This document shows positions 39,552 through 50,196 of a stretch of 64,000 bases of DNA, one piece after another. The first letter of the stretch is position 1, and every line of letters starts with the position of its first letter. The notes below the pieces were generated by a model. The model worked only from the letters and a program-made list of their open reading frames with translations. It was not told the DNA's origin and did no database searches. Origin of the DNA: an uncultured Candidatus Rokubacteria bacterium (lineage in GTDB: Bacteria > Methylomirabilota > Methylomirabilia > Rokubacteriales > CSP1-6); NCBI GenBank assembly GCA_963747235.1, contig CAVVEU010000008.1, positions 640,001 to 704,000 on the forward strand, read 5' to 3'. Position numbers and translations under genes: made by a program.

Positions 39552-40282
39552 GAGCGGGCCGGGAGCTCGGCCAGGAGCCGGCGGGCCTCGGGCGCGTCCT
39601 TCATCGTCCAGTCCGCCGCGTTCGACGGCGCTTTCTCGTCGAGCACCGCCTGCAGCTCGCGCCGGGCCTCCGGGACGCGCCCGCGCGTGATGAGGGTGCG
39701 GGCGAGGCCGACGCGCAGGCCGGTGAAGCGGCCGTCCACCTCGAGCCCCTTCCGGAAGAGGCGCTCGGATTTCTCCAGATCGCCGCCGAAGAGCCCGGGC
39801 ACCTCGTAGTAGACGGTGCCCGCGAGGACGTAGGCCGGCGGGAACCGCGGATCCAGCTCGAGGGCGGTCTCCATCCCGCGCTTGACCTCGGGCAGGAGGA
39901 AGAGCGAGCGCAGCACGCCCTTGGTCTGCCCCCATCGCCCCGCGTTGGTGGCGTACCAGAAGTGGGCCCGGGCGTTGCGGGGCGCGATCTCGGCGGCCCG
40001 CCGGGCCGCCTGGCGACCCTGCTCGTAGGCGTCGAGCTTCTCCTGCGCGCCCCGGGCCCGCACGTCGCCGTAGAGGAACGCGATCTGGGCGAGGGCCAGC
40101 AGGTTGTCCACGCTCGGGTCGATCTGCGCGGCCGGCGCCACCAGGAGACGGAGCGCGTCGATGCGCGCGGGGCTCTCGTGGTAGCGGTCGGCCAGGGCGC
40201 GGACCTCGGCGGCGAGCGAGGCCTGGGCGCACGCCGCTCCCGCCGCGCAGAGGAGCATCACGATCGCCGCGACCGCGCGCAT
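39548..40282 (-). CDS. Secreted TPR-repeat protein (TatT-like)
   Basis: Signal peptide and helical TPR-like repeats (AHFWYA, ALELDP, YYEVPGLFGGD). Confidence 0.7.
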   Translation of the reverse strand: MRAVAAIVMLLCAAGAACAQASLAAEVRALADRYHESPARIDALRLLVAPAAQIDPSVDNLLALAQIAFLYGDVRARGAQEKLDAYEQGRQAARRAAEIAPRNARAHFWYATNAGRWGQTKGVLRSLFLLPEVKRGMETALELDPRFPPAYVLAGTVYYEVPGLFGGDLEKSERLFRKGLEVDGRFTGLRVGLARTLITRGRVPEARRELQAVLDEKAPSNAADWTMKDAPEARRLLAELPARS

Positions 40283-40290
40283 CGCGCCCG

Positions 40291-40369
40291 ATGCTAGAGG
40301 CCCCGCGCGCGACTGTCAACCGCGGCCGCGCGCGTCCGCCTTGCGATGCCGCCACGCCGCCGGTATGGT
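40291..40369. promoter_or_regulatory. Divergent sigma70 promoters, both leaderless-type
   Basis: Minus strand TTGACA-17-TAGCAT, 8 nt to ATG 40282. Plus strand TTGCGA-17-TATGGT, 8 nt to ATG 40378. Confidence 0.7.
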
Positions 40370-40377
40370 AGGGCGCG

Positions 40378-40839
40378 ATGAGAGTCCTGCCCGCCGCGGC
40401 GGTCCTGGTCTGGCTCGGCATCATGGCGTTCTTCGCCGCGGTCATCGCGCCCGCCGCCTTCGCCACGCTCGATCGCGAGGCGGCCGGCCGCTTCGTGAGC
40501 GCGGTGTTCCCGCGCTACTACGCGGTGGGCGCGGCGCTGGGCGCGCTCGCGCTGGCCGGCCTCGGCCTCCGGCTCGCGCTCGGCCCCCGCCGGCCCTGGG
40601 ACGCGCTGCCGCTCCTGCTGGTCGCGGTGATGCTGGGCACCACGCTCTACGCCTGGCTGGTCGTGCTGCCCGCCGCGCACGCGGCCCGCGAGGCGCTGCG
40701 CCAGAGCGCGGCCGTCCCGGGCGCGGTGTCCACGGAGGCGCTGGCCTTCGCGCGCCTGCACCGGCTCTCCGGCCTGCTGAACGGCGCGGCGATGCTCGCG
40801 GGCGTCCTGACGCTGGCCGCGGTGGGGTGGAGGCGTTGA
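40378..40839 (+). CDS. DUF4149/TMEM205-like membrane protein
   Basis: WLG..FF..VIAP..F, AGRFV..VFPRYY and FARLHRLS. Confidence 0.8.
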   Translation: MRVLPAAAVLVWLGIMAFFAAVIAPAAFATLDREAAGRFVSAVFPRYYAVGAALGALALAGLGLRLALGPRRPWDALPLLLVAVMLGTTLYAWLVVLPAAHAAREALRQSAAVPGAVSTEALAFARLHRLSGLLNGAAMLAGVLTLAAVGWRR

Positions 40840-41213
40840 GCCGGGCCTTCGAGCCGCTGGGCTTCGATCACGTGGTGCTCCACGTCCGCGACCAGGCCGC
40901 GTCGGAGCGCTTCTACGTGGACCTGCTCGGCTGCACACTCGACCACGTGAACAAGCCGATCTCGCTCGTGCAGCTCCGCTTCGGCGAGCACCTGATCGAC
41001 CTGCTGCCCGGCGAGCGCGCCGCGGGCGGCGGCCTGGACCACTTCTGCCTCTCGATCCGCTGCGACGACCTCGGGCGCGTCCGCGACGAGCTCCGGGCGC
41101 GCGGGGTGACGGTGGACGGCGACGTGGTGCAGCGGCGCGGGGCGTTCGGCTCCGGACCCTCGCTCTACATCCAGGACCCGGACGGCTACCGGATCGAGCT
41201 CAAGCCCCGCTGA
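40836..41213 (+). CDS. VOC (glyoxalase) family protein
   Basis: DHVVLHVRD, FYVDLLG, DHFCL and YIQDPDGYRIEL. Confidence 0.9.
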   Translation: MSRAFEPLGFDHVVLHVRDQAASERFYVDLLGCTLDHVNKPISLVQLRFGEHLIDLLPGERAAGGGLDHFCLSIRCDDLGRVRDELRARGVTVDGDVVQRRGAFGSGPSLYIQDPDGYRIELKPR

Positions 41214-41766
41214 CCGTCCCGCCGACGGCAAGCGTCAGGAGCGTGCGGACGATCTGCTCGGCGGTGACCGCCCCGCCGTCGGTCGCGGCCTGGAGCAGGC
41301 ATCCCTCGGCCGCTCCCACGATCACCGCGGCGACCGCGCCCGCGTCCATCCCGGCGCGGAACGCGCCGGCGCGCACGCCTTCCACCAGGATGTCCTCCAG
41401 GGAGAGGCGGATCTGCTCGCGCTGCCAGGCGAGGGTCAGCCGGAACTGCTTGTCGTGCCGCGCCCGCATCCAGCCGTGGAGGAAGAGGCCCGAGAAGTCG
41501 GGATCGCTCTCGCCGTAGGCCCCGAAGAGGATCTCCATCGCGCCTTCGAGCTTCACGCGCGGCGCGCCCGGGCCTCTCGCCACGCGGGCCAGCTCCGCCA
41601 CGATCGGCAGGCCGCGCTGCTCGACCTGGCTCGCCGCGGGCGCGCCGGGGGCCGAGGTCATGGGCGGGGCGGCGGGAGCCGGCACCGGAGCCGCGCGGGC
41701 CCGACGGGCGCGGGAGCGGATCCGGCGACGGGGACGGGCGGGGCGGCGGGGTTTCCGCTTCTTCAC
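41200..41766 (-). CDS. TetR C-terminal-like domain with an Arg-rich N-terminus (no HTH)
   Basis: LEDILVEGVRAGAFR..DAGAVAAVI typical of TetR_C. N-terminus MKKRKPRRPARPRRRIRSR. Confidence 0.6.
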   Translation of the reverse strand: MKKRKPRRPARPRRRIRSRARRARAAPVPAPAAPPMTSAPGAPAASQVEQRGLPIVAELARVARGPGAPRVKLEGAMEILFGAYGESDPDFSGLFLHGWMRARHDKQFRLTLAWQREQIRLSLEDILVEGVRAGAFRAGMDAGAVAAVIVGAAEGCLLQAATDGGAVTAEQIVRTLLTLAVGGTVSGA

Positions 41767-41777
41767 ATCCGGGCAGG

Positions 41778-42152
41778 TCAGTTCCCGGAGGACACGAACT
41801 GGAAGGACTCGATCTCCACGCGGAAGCGGCGCTCGGAGCCCGGGGACGACATGCGGACCTCGAAGGCCGAGGAGCCTCGCGACGGCACGACGCCGAAGAC
41901 GTAGGCGCGGCCACGGCTCACCACGCGGCCGTTCTCGTCGAGCCCCTCCACGCCCACGACGACGCGCTCGCAGGACGCGTTGGTCCCGTTCCGCACCTCG
42001 CCGTAGATCAGGACGCGCCCGCTCCCCACCCGCTCGGTGGTGAAGCTGACCGCCAGGCGCGAGGAGGATTGCGGGGTGTAGGTCTGGGCCCGGACGGCCG
42101 GGGCGAGCGCGAGGAGGATCCCCGCCGCCGCGAGCAGGGCGCGGCGGGTCAT
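41778..42152 (-). CDS. Secreted beta-sandwich protein (FxLYD-like)
   Basis: Signal peptide, IYGEVRN, VEGLDENGRVV and VPSRGSSAFEV. Confidence 0.65.
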   Translation of the reverse strand: MTRRALLAAAGILLALAPAVRAQTYTPQSSSRLAVSFTTERVGSGRVLIYGEVRNGTNASCERVVVGVEGLDENGRVVSRGRAYVFGVVPSRGSSAFEVRMSSPGSERRFRVEIESFQFVSSGN

Positions 42153-43381
42153 TCGTACCGGAGCGCGTCGATCGGATTGAGGCCGGCCGCCTTGCGCGCC
42201 GGATAGAATCCGAAGAAGATGCCGACCGCGGCCGAGAAGCCGAAGGCGAGCAGGATCGCGTCGAACTGCAGCAGGGTGCGCCACTCCGCGAAGTAGGCGA
42301 TCGCGTAGGAGCCGAGCAGGCCCGCCCCGACGCCGATGACCCCGCCGATCAGCGACAGGGTCACCGCCTCGACCAGGAACTGGGTGAGGATGTCCTTGCC
42401 GCGCGCGCCCACCGCCATGCGGAGGCCGATCTCCCGCGTCCGCTCGGTCACCGAGACCAGCATGATGTTCATGATACCGATGCCGCCCACCAGGAGCGAG
42501 ACCGACGCGATGGCGGCCAGCAGGACCGTGAGCACCCGCGAGGAGGCCTCCTGCGACTGGAGCACCTCGGCCAGGTTGCGGAGGTTGAAGTCGTCTTCCT
42601 GGTGGGGCTGGAGACGATGGCGCTGTCGCAGCAGCTCGCGGATCTCGTGCTCCGCCTCCTTCATGAGGCCCGCGTCCCGGATCTTGATGCTGATGGTGCC
42701 GACCGCGCGTCCCTTGGCCTGGTTGCCGCCCACGACCTTGGTCTTGGCGGTGGTGAGCGGGATCAGGATCTGATCGTCCTGGTCCTGTCCCCAGGTCGTC
42801 TGCCCCTTGCGATCCATGAGCCCGATGATGGTGAAGGGCACCTTCTTGATCCGGATCACCTGGCCGAGCGGGTCTTCCTCGCCGAACAGGTTCTGCGCCA
42901 CCGTCTGCCCGACCAGCGCGACCTTGGACGCGCCCTCGACCTCCTCGCGCGTCAGCGAGCGCCCGGCGATGACCTCCCAGTCGCGGGCCGCGAGGTACTC
43001 GGGGGTCACCCCCAGGATGGTGGTGGACCAGTTGAGATTGGAGTAGACGACCTGGGCGTCGCCGCGAACGGAGGGGGCGACCACCTCGACGAGCGGGATG
43101 TCGCGCTCGATGGCCAGGGCGTCGTCCTCGGACAGGGTGGCCTGGGCGCCGGCGCCGAGCCGCACGCCGCCCAGGTTCACGGTGCCGGGCCAGATGATGA
43201 TGAGGTTCGAGCCGAGGCTCTGGATCTGCTCGGCCACGCGGGCCTGCGCCCCCGCGCCCACCGCCACCATGGTGATGACCGCGCCCACCCCGATGACGAT
43301 GCCCAGCATGGTGAGCGCGCTCCGCAGCTTGTTGACCCGGAGGGCCCGCACCGCGATGCGCGCGCTGGCGAGGACGTTCAT
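42149..43381 (-). CDS. MacB-type ABC permease
   Basis: RSALTMLGIVIG, GGIGIMNIMLVSVTERTREIG and PIDALRYE. Confidence 0.93.
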   Translation of the reverse strand: MNVLASARIAVRALRVNKLRSALTMLGIVIGVGAVITMVAVGAGAQARVAEQIQSLGSNLIIIWPGTVNLGGVRLGAGAQATLSEDDALAIERDIPLVEVVAPSVRGDAQVVYSNLNWSTTILGVTPEYLAARDWEVIAGRSLTREEVEGASKVALVGQTVAQNLFGEEDPLGQVIRIKKVPFTIIGLMDRKGQTTWGQDQDDQILIPLTTAKTKVVGGNQAKGRAVGTISIKIRDAGLMKEAEHEIRELLRQRHRLQPHQEDDFNLRNLAEVLQSQEASSRVLTVLLAAIASVSLLVGGIGIMNIMLVSVTERTREIGLRMAVGARGKDILTQFLVEAVTLSLIGGVIGVGAGLLGSYAIAYFAEWRTLLQFDAILLAFGFSAAVGIFFGFYPARKAAGLNPIDALRYE

Positions 43382-44157
43382 GGCGAGGCGACCTCCGGCT
43401 CCAGGTCCTCCTCCTCCTGCTCGTCTCCGCGGGGCAGGCTGGCGAGCTGCTCGCGCGCCACGAGCCGGTCGCGGATCTCCTCGTCCCGGATCAGCCGCCC
43501 GTCGCGGAAGCCCAGCGCGCGGCCCGCGTAGCGCGCGATGTCGGCTTCGTGGGTCACCACCACCACCGTGATGCCCTCCCGGTTGAGATCCTGGAAGAGC
43601 GCCATGATCTCCACGCTGGTATGCGAGTCGAGCGCGCCGGTGGGCTCGTCGGCCAGGATCAGGACCGGATCGTTGATGAGGGCGCGCGCGATGGCCACCC
43701 GCTGCTGCTGCCCGCCCGAGAGCTGGGCCGGGTGATGGTGCTCCCGCTCGGAGAGGCCGACCGCGGCCAGCTTGGCGCGCGCGCGGGCCTGCCGGTCGCG
43801 GCCCTGGATCGCGCTGTAGAGCAGGGGCAGCTCCACGTTCTCGAGCGCGGAGGTGCGCGGCAGCAGGTTGAAGGTCTGGAACACGAAGCCGATCTTCTCG
43901 TTGCGCACGCGCGCGAGCCGGTCGCGGCCCATGCTGGAGACGTCGAGGCCGTCGAGGCGGTACTGGCCCGCGGTCGGAGTGTCCAGGCAGCCGAGCAGGT
44001 TCATGAAGGTGGACTTGCCGGAGCCGGACGGCCCCATCACCGCCACGAACTCCCCCGGCTGGATGGAGATCGAGACCTTGCGGAGCGCGTGAATGCGCCG
44101 CGTGCCGAGGTGGTAGTCCTTCACGAGATCCTCGGTCGCGATGAGGGCCTCGGGCAT
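43378..44157 (-). CDS. ABC ATP-binding protein (MacB/LolD type)
   Basis: [17 protein letters not shown] and ADEPTGALD. Confidence 0.94.
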   Translation of the reverse strand: MPEALIATEDLVKDYHLGTRRIHALRKVSISIQPGEFVAVMGPSGSGKSTFMNLLGCLDTPTAGQYRLDGLDVSSMGRDRLARVRNEKIGFVFQTFNLLPRTSALENVELPLLYSAIQGRDRQARARAKLAAVGLSEREHHHPAQLSGGQQQRVAIARALINDPVLILADEPTGALDSHTSVEIMALFQDLNREGITVVVVTHEADIARYAGRALGFRDGRLIRDEEIRDRLVAREQLASLPRGDEQEEEDLEPEVASP

Positions 44158-44158
44158 C

Positions 44159-45546
44159 TCAGAGCCGGAGGCGCGGCGCGCCTTGCGGTTGCTGCTGGCC
44201 GGTCACCCGGGACCACGACGCCCACGATCACCTGCTGGCCTTCCTTGAGCTCGCCCTTGGCCACCTCGGTGTAGGTGCCGTCGCCGATGCCGAGCTGGAG
44301 CGCGAGCACGGCCGGCTTGCCGTCCGGCCCGAGCACCCACACGCGCCCGGCGGGCGCCCCGCCCGCGCGGCCGCCCCCGCCGCCCGGCCGGGCGGGCCGC
44401 TCACGCTCGGGGGCTTCCATCCCGGGCGGCCGGAACCGAAGCGCCGCGTTCGGCACCTGGAGCACGCTCTCCTTCTGGTCGATGATGATCCGCACGTTGG
44501 CGGTCATGCCGGGCAGGAGCCGCTGCTCGGGATTCTTGGCGGTCACCACCACGTCGTAGGTGACGACGTTCTGGACGACGAGCGGGGCCTTCCGGATCTG
44601 GACGACCTCGCCGGTGAAGGTCCGGCCCGGGAAGGAGTCCACCGTGAAGGTGGCGGTCTGGCCGACCTTGACCCGGCCCACGTCGGCCTCGTCCACGTTG
44701 GTGTCCACCTGCATGTTGCGCAGGTCCTGGGCGATCGTGAAGAGCGTCGGCGCCTGGAGGCTCGCCGCGACGGTCTGGCCCACGTCCACGCTGCGGCCCA
44801 CCACGGTGCCGTCCACCGGGGCGCGAATGAAGGTGCGCTCGAGGTCCACCTGCGCCTGGCGCAGGGCCGCCTGGTTCTGCACGACGCTGGGCCACCGCGT
44901 TCTTCAGCATCGCCTCCGAGACGCGAAGCTGCGCCTCCGCCGCCCGCACCGCCGAGACCTGGGCGTCTTCCTGGGCCTTGGAGGCCTCGACCTGGGCCAT
45001 CGCGGAGTCGTAGGCGGCCTGGGCGGTGTCCTCGTCGGCCTGCGCGATGAGGCCGCGCTGGCGCAGGTCCTGGTTGCGGCCGAGCGTGCGCTTGGAGTCG
45101 ACGACCGTGACCTGGGACTTGGCGGTGTTGGCCCGCGCGGCCGCGAACGCGGCGCGGGCGTTCTCGAGATCCGCGCGCGTCTTCTCCACCACCGCCTGCT
45201 GGTTCAGCACCGAGGCCTGGGCCGCGTCCACCTGCGCCTTCACCTGGCTCACCTTCGCCTCGTAGGTCTCGGGATCGATGCGGGCGATGACCTGGTCCTT
45301 CTTGACCTGCGAGTTGAAGTCCGCGAGGAGCTCCTTGACCTGCCCGGAGATCTGGGAGCCGACCAGCACCGTGATGACCGCGTTGAGCGTGCCGGTGGCC
45401 GAGACCGCGGAGGTGAGCGGACCGCGCGAGACCGCCGCGGTGCGGAAGGCGGGGCGGGCCCCGATGCCCTGGGTATAGAGATAGCCCCCGGAGATCACTC
45501 CCGCGGCGACCACGATCCCGACGATCCAGAGCAGGCGGCGTTTCAT
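44159..45546 (-). CDS. MacA-type periplasmic adaptor (frame breaks near 44888 and probably near the C-terminus)
   Basis: VSATGTL..VGSQISG, IRAPVDG, GQTVAASLQAP and LLPGMTANV. Confidence 0.88.
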
Positions 45547-45577
45547 GATGGTCAGACGCGCCGGGGGCGCGGCCTAT

Positions 45578-47026
45578 TTACCGGCGGCCGAGGGACCGCT
45601 CCAGGTTGGCGATGGCGATCCGGTAGTCGGAGAGGGCCTGCGCCTCGGTGGACTGGGCCTGGGTGAGGGCGAGCTGGGCGTCGGTGAGCTCGATGATGTT
45701 GGCGACGCCCGCGTCGAAGCGCCCGCGGGCGAGCTGGTAGTTCTCCTCGGCGGACTCCACCGCCTTGCGGGCGGCGCCGATGCGCTCCTCGGCCTCGCCC
45801 AGGTTCAGGTACGACTGCTCGACGCTCTGCCAGACCTGCAGCTCGGTGTCGCGCACGCGGGCCAGCGCGGCCTCGAGGTTGGCCTTGGCTTCCTTGTAGC
45901 GGGCGACCTTGCCGCCGCCGTCGAAGATGGACCAGTTCAGCGAGAGGCCGACCTGCCACTCGTTGCCGGAGTCCGTGAAGCCGCTGGTGGATCGGGCGTT
46001 GGAGGCGGGGAGGCCGGTGACGCCGGTGATCCCGTAGGTGCCGCTGCCGACCAGGTTCGGAAAGAAGTCCCGGAAGGTCTGGCGGACGAAGGCGTCGGAC
46101 GCCTCCGCCTGGGCCTTGACCTGGCGGTACTCCGGCCGGTTCTTGAGCGCCTCGCCGACCAGCGCGTTGCGGTCCATCGGGAACTGCTGGTAGGCGAGGG
46201 TGTCCTTGACCTCGGTCGGCGCGTTGATCGCGATGCCCATCGCGGTGTTGAGCGCGACCCGCGCCAGGCTCACCGCGTTCTGGGCGCGGATCACGTTGAC
46301 CCGCCCGTTGGCCACGTCCACCTCGGCGCGCGTCACGAACGACTTGGGCTGGGTGCCGACCTGGAAGAAGCCCTGCGCGCTACGCAGGTTCACCTCGGCC
46401 CGGTCGAGCGCGCCCACGTTCACTTCGACCAGGCGCTTCGAGAGGAGCAGCGTGTAGTACTGGGTCTTCACGAGCTGGGAGATGTCGAGCTTCTGCGCCT
46501 CGAGCACCTCCTTGATCGCCTCCGCGCTCGACTTCGCGACGTCCTTGGCCGCCCACGTCCGGCCGAAGTCGAAGAGGAGCTGGGACGCGGTGACGCTGGT
46601 GGAGCCGAAGTCGCCGGTGTTGGCGGCCCCGGTCAGCGAGGTGATGGACCGGGCCCGGCCCAGGCTGCCGGCGCCGGAGAGCTGGGGCAGCAGGGGCGCC
46701 AGCGCCTGGTTCACGCGCTGCTGGGACGCCACGTAGTCGCCGATGCGCGCCACGATCTTCGGCGCGTTCTCCATCCCGATGTTGACCGCCTCCTCCAGCG
46801 TCAGCTCGCGGCCGATCAGCTCCTGCGGGGTCGCGAACGGGCGGATGCCCGGCGGGGCGGGCAGGGGCTCGCGCGTCGGCATCGGCGCCGCGGTCGGAGT
46901 GGGCGGAGGCGGCATCGGCGTGACCGGCGGCGCGGGGGCGGGCGTCTGGGCCGCGGCGAGCCCGGGGAGCGCGGTCGCCAGGGTCAGCGCCAGGACGAGA
47001 GAACGGGGGAAGTGCGGGCGGATCAT
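45578..47026 (-). CDS. TolC-family outer membrane protein
   Basis: Signal peptide and Pro-rich linker, LTLEEAV, LNWSIFDGG and RFDAGVANIIELTDAQ. Confidence 0.9.
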   Translation of the reverse strand: MIRPHFPRSLVLALTLATALPGLAAAQTPAPAPPVTPMPPPPTPTAAPMPTREPLPAPPGIRPFATPQELIGRELTLEEAVNIGMENAPKIVARIGDYVASQQRVNQALAPLLPQLSGAGSLGRARSITSLTGAANTGDFGSTSVTASQLLFDFGRTWAAKDVAKSSAEAIKEVLEAQKLDISQLVKTQYYTLLLSKRLVEVNVGALDRAEVNLRSAQGFFQVGTQPKSFVTRAEVDVANGRVNVIRAQNAVSLARVALNTAMGIAINAPTEVKDTLAYQQFPMDRNALVGEALKNRPEYRQVKAQAEASDAFVRQTFRDFFPNLVGSGTYGITGVTGLPASNARSTSGFTDSGNEWQVGLSLNWSIFDGGGKVARYKEAKANLEAALARVRDTELQVWQSVEQSYLNLGEAEERIGAARKAVESAEENYQLARGRFDAGVANIIELTDAQLALTQAQSTEAQALSDYRIAIANLERSLGRR

Positions 47027-50000
47027 GCCATGTCTCCCTGCAGCACGGGCGCGCCCTCCAGCGCCGGGACCCGGCGTGGGAAGCGCTCCTCGAGCATCAC
47101 GTAGAGCGTTGGGATCAGCACCAGGGTCAGCATCGTGGAGATCGTCAGGCCGCCGATGACCGCGCGGGCGAGCGGGGCGTTGGCCTCGCTGCCCACGTCG
47201 ATGCCCAGGGCCATCGGAATCAGACCGACCACGGTGGTGAGGCTGGTCATGATGATGGGCCGGAGCCGCGTGCGCCCCGCCCGCATCACCGCCTCGTGCA
47301 GCCCGAGGCCGTGGCGCCTCAGCTCGTTGATGTACTCCACCAGGAGGACACCGTTGGATACCACGATCCCGACCATCATGATGATGCCCATGAAGGACGT
47401 GACGTTGAGCGTGGTGTTCGTCAGGAACAGGGCCCAGATGACGCCGATCATCCCGAGCGGGACCGAGAACATGATGATCAGCGGGTCGAGCAGGGACTTG
47501 AACTGCGAGGCCATGACCATGTACACGAGCATCAGGGCCAGCAGGGACGTGAACTTCAAGCTGCTGAACGCTTCGCGCTGCTGCACGGTCTGGCCGCCGA
47601 GCTGCACCGAGAAGCCCGGCGGCAGCCCCATGGTGCGGAACCGCTCCTCCAGGTCCGCGCTGATCGCGCCGAGGTCGCGGCCGGCCGGGTTGGCGTTGAT
47701 CTTCACGATGCGCTGCTGGTACTTCCGCTCGAGCATCACCGGTCCGGTGCCCTGCCGGATCTCGGCCACGCTGCCGAGGGTCACCGGGCGCCCGCCGTCG
47801 CCGATCACGAAGAGACGGCCGAGGTCGGCGGCGGCGGACCGGAACGGCTCGTCGAGCTGCACGACCATGTTGTACTGGTTGCCCGTCCGCGGATCGGTGT
47901 AGATCGACGGGTTGACGCTCACGTTGCTGTTGAGCGAGAAGAGCGCGGTCTGCGCGATGTCGCGCTGGGTCAGGCCCGCGGTCGCCGCCTTCTCCCGGTC
48001 CACCACGATGTCGAACTGGGGGTAGTTCTCCTCGCGGCTGATGAACACGTCGGCGATGCCCTGGACCTCCTGCATCACGCGGGCGACCTCCAGGGCGGTG
48101 GCCTGGGCCGCCTTGAGGTCGTAGCCGAGCTGCTCCACCTCGATCGCGGATTGCGAGCCGGTGTTCAGCACGCGGCTGACGATGCCCCCGAAGACGACCT
48201 GCATGGTGGTGCCCGGGAACTGGCCGGAGAGCTGGGGGCGCACCGCCGCGACGATCTCCCGGTCGCTGCGCGTCCGCTTGTCGGGGGTGTTCAGGTAGAC
48301 CTGGAGCTGGGCCGCGTGGGGCCCGGTGTTCTGGGAGAACACGCCCGAGCGTCCGGTGGGCACGCCCACCGTGGAGACCACCGCGTTCACCTCCTCGGGC
48401 TTGAGGGTGGAGCGGATGATGCCTTCCATCCGGGCCACCGTCCGCTCCGTCTCCTCGACCCGGGTGCCCACCGGGGCCCGGATGCGGATGATGAACTGGC
48501 TCTCGTCGGACGGGGGGAAGAACTCGGTGCCGATCAGCGGCACCAGCGCGCCCGCGCTCACCACCAGCACCGCGATCGCGCCGATGAGCTGCGCGCGGTG
48601 GCCGAGGGCCCAGCCCAGCACCCGCTGGTAGAACTCGTCGAACCGCTCCAGCGCGCGCCCGGTCACCGCGAGTCCCCGCGTGTACAGGTTGCGCGGGCGC
48701 TCCGCCAACGGCCGCTCCGGCTTGAGCCAGTGCAGGCAGAGCAGCGGGGTGACGGTGCGGGAGACCAGGAACGAGGCGAAGAGCGAGAACGAGATCGTGA
48801 AGGTCAGGGGGATGAAGAGGAGGCGCGACTGGCCTTCCAGGAACACGGTGGGCAGGAACACCACGATGGTGGTGATGGTGGAGACGAAGATCGGCATCGC
48901 CACCTCGCGGGCCGCGTCGAGCACCGCGGGGCCGCGGGCCTTGCCCGGGATGTTGAGGTGCCGGTTGATGTTCTCGAGCTCCACGATGGAATCGTCGAGG
49001 AGCCGGCCGACCGCGAGGGCGAGGCCGCCCAGGGTGAAGACGTTGAGCGTCTGCCCGAGCATGAACATCGCGACCAGGGTCAGCAGGAGCGAGAGGGGAA
49101 TGGCGATCGAGATGATGATGGTGGAGACGAACGAGCGCAGGAAGAAGAGCACCACGAAGAACGCGAGCAGCGAGCCGACCGCGGCCTCGTGCCAGAGGCT
49201 CGTGATGGACTGCCGGATGTAGATCGACTGGTCGAGCGTCATGCGGATGTTGACACCCGCGGGCAGCCCGGTCAGCCTGGGCAGCTTCTCCTTGACCGCG
49301 TCCACCACGTCCACCGTGTTGCCGCCCGGCTGCTTGTTGACGCGCAGGTACACCGCGCGCTCGCCGTTGACCCGCACCACCGACTGCTGGGTCTCCCAGG
49401 AGTCCTCGACGCGGCCCAGGTCCCGCAGCCGGATCTGGGTGCCCCCGACGCGGCGGACGATGATGTTCTCCATGGGCTCGACCACGGAGAACTGGTTGTT
49501 GGTGAAGACGTTGTAGTCGAGGTTGCCGAGCTTGAGGTCCCCGGACGGCAGCAGGAAGTTCGAGTCGTTGACCGACCGGGCCACCTCGGTGACCGAGATG
49601 CCCTTGGCCTGGAGCAGGTCGCGGTTGAGGTTCACCGTGATCTGCCGGATCTTGCCGCCGTCCACGTTGGCGGAGGCCACCCCGGGGAGCTGCTCGAGCT
49701 GGGGCTCCACCGTGTTGTAGGCGAGGTCGTAGAGCTGCTTCTCGTCGAGCCCGCCGCCGGTGATGGTGACGAGGCAGACCGGGATGTTGGAGAGATCGAA
49801 CTTGAGGATGAACGGCTGCTGCACGCCGGTGGGCAGCGTGGTCATGATCTGCTGGATCCGCTGCGCGACCTCGGTGAGCCCGGCGTCGAGATCCGAGCCC
49901 CACACGAACTGGACGGTCACCACCGAGAAGCCCTGGCGCGAGCGCGACTCCACGTAGCGCACGTTCGCCACCGCGGACACCGCCTTCTCGATCGGGTACG

Positions 50001-50190
50001 TCACGGTGCGCTCCACGTCCTGGACGTTGGCGCCCTTGTAGACGGTGCCGATCTGGATGGACGGGTAGTTGATGTTCGGGAAGAGGTCGATCGGCATCTT
50101 GCCGAGCGACGTCGCCCCGAGCACCACGATGGCCAGCGAGGCCATGAGGATGGCGATGCCGTTCCGGAGCGCGATGAGGGTCAGCCACAT
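47023..50190 (-). CDS. RND efflux permease (AcrB/AcrD/AcrF family)
   Basis: 1055 aa, PIDLFP, VGRLLDDSIVELENI and RLRPIIMT. Confidence 0.95.
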   Translation of the reverse strand: MWLTLIALRNGIAILMASLAIVVLGATSLGKMPIDLFPNINYPSIQIGTVYKGANVQDVERTVTYPIEKAVSAVANVRYVESRSRQGFSVVTVQFVWGSDLDAGLTEVAQRIQQIMTTLPTGVQQPFILKFDLSNIPVCLVTITGGGLDEKQLYDLAYNTVEPQLEQLPGVASANVDGGKIRQITVNLNRDLLQAKGISVTEVARSVNDSNFLLPSGDLKLGNLDYNVFTNNQFSVVEPMENIIVRRVGGTQIRLRDLGRVEDSWETQQSVVRVNGERAVYLRVNKQPGGNTVDVVDAVKEKLPRLTGLPAGVNIRMTLDQSIYIRQSITSLWHEAAVGSLLAFFVVLFFLRSFVSTIIISIAIPLSLLLTLVAMFMLGQTLNVFTLGGLALAVGRLLDDSIVELENINRHLNIPGKARGPAVLDAAREVAMPIFVSTITTIVVFLPTVFLEGQSRLLFIPLTFTISFSLFASFLVSRTVTPLLCLHWLKPERPLAERPRNLYTRGLAVTGRALERFDEFYQRVLGWALGHRAQLIGAIAVLVVSAGALVPLIGTEFFPPSDESQFIIRIRAPVGTRVEETERTVARMEGIIRSTLKPEEVNAVVSTVGVPTGRSGVFSQNTGPHAAQLQVYLNTPDKRTRSDREIVAAVRPQLSGQFPGTTMQVVFGGIVSRVLNTGSQSAIEVEQLGYDLKAAQATALEVARVMQEVQGIADVFISREENYPQFDIVVDREKAATAGLTQRDIAQTALFSLNSNVSVNPSIYTDPRTGNQYNMVVQLDEPFRSAAADLGRLFVIGDGGRPVTLGSVAEIRQGTGPVMLERKYQQRIVKINANPAGRDLGAISADLEERFRTMGLPPGFSVQLGGQTVQQREAFSSLKFTSLLALMLVYMVMASQFKSLLDPLIIMFSVPLGMIGVIWALFLTNTTLNVTSFMGIIMMVGIVVSNGVLLVEYINELRRHGLGLHEAVMRAGRTRLRPIIMTSLTTVVGLIPMALGIDVGSEANAPLARAVIGGLTISTMLTLVLIPTLYVMLEERFPRRVPALEGAPVLQGDMA

Positions 50191-50196
50191 GGCGCG

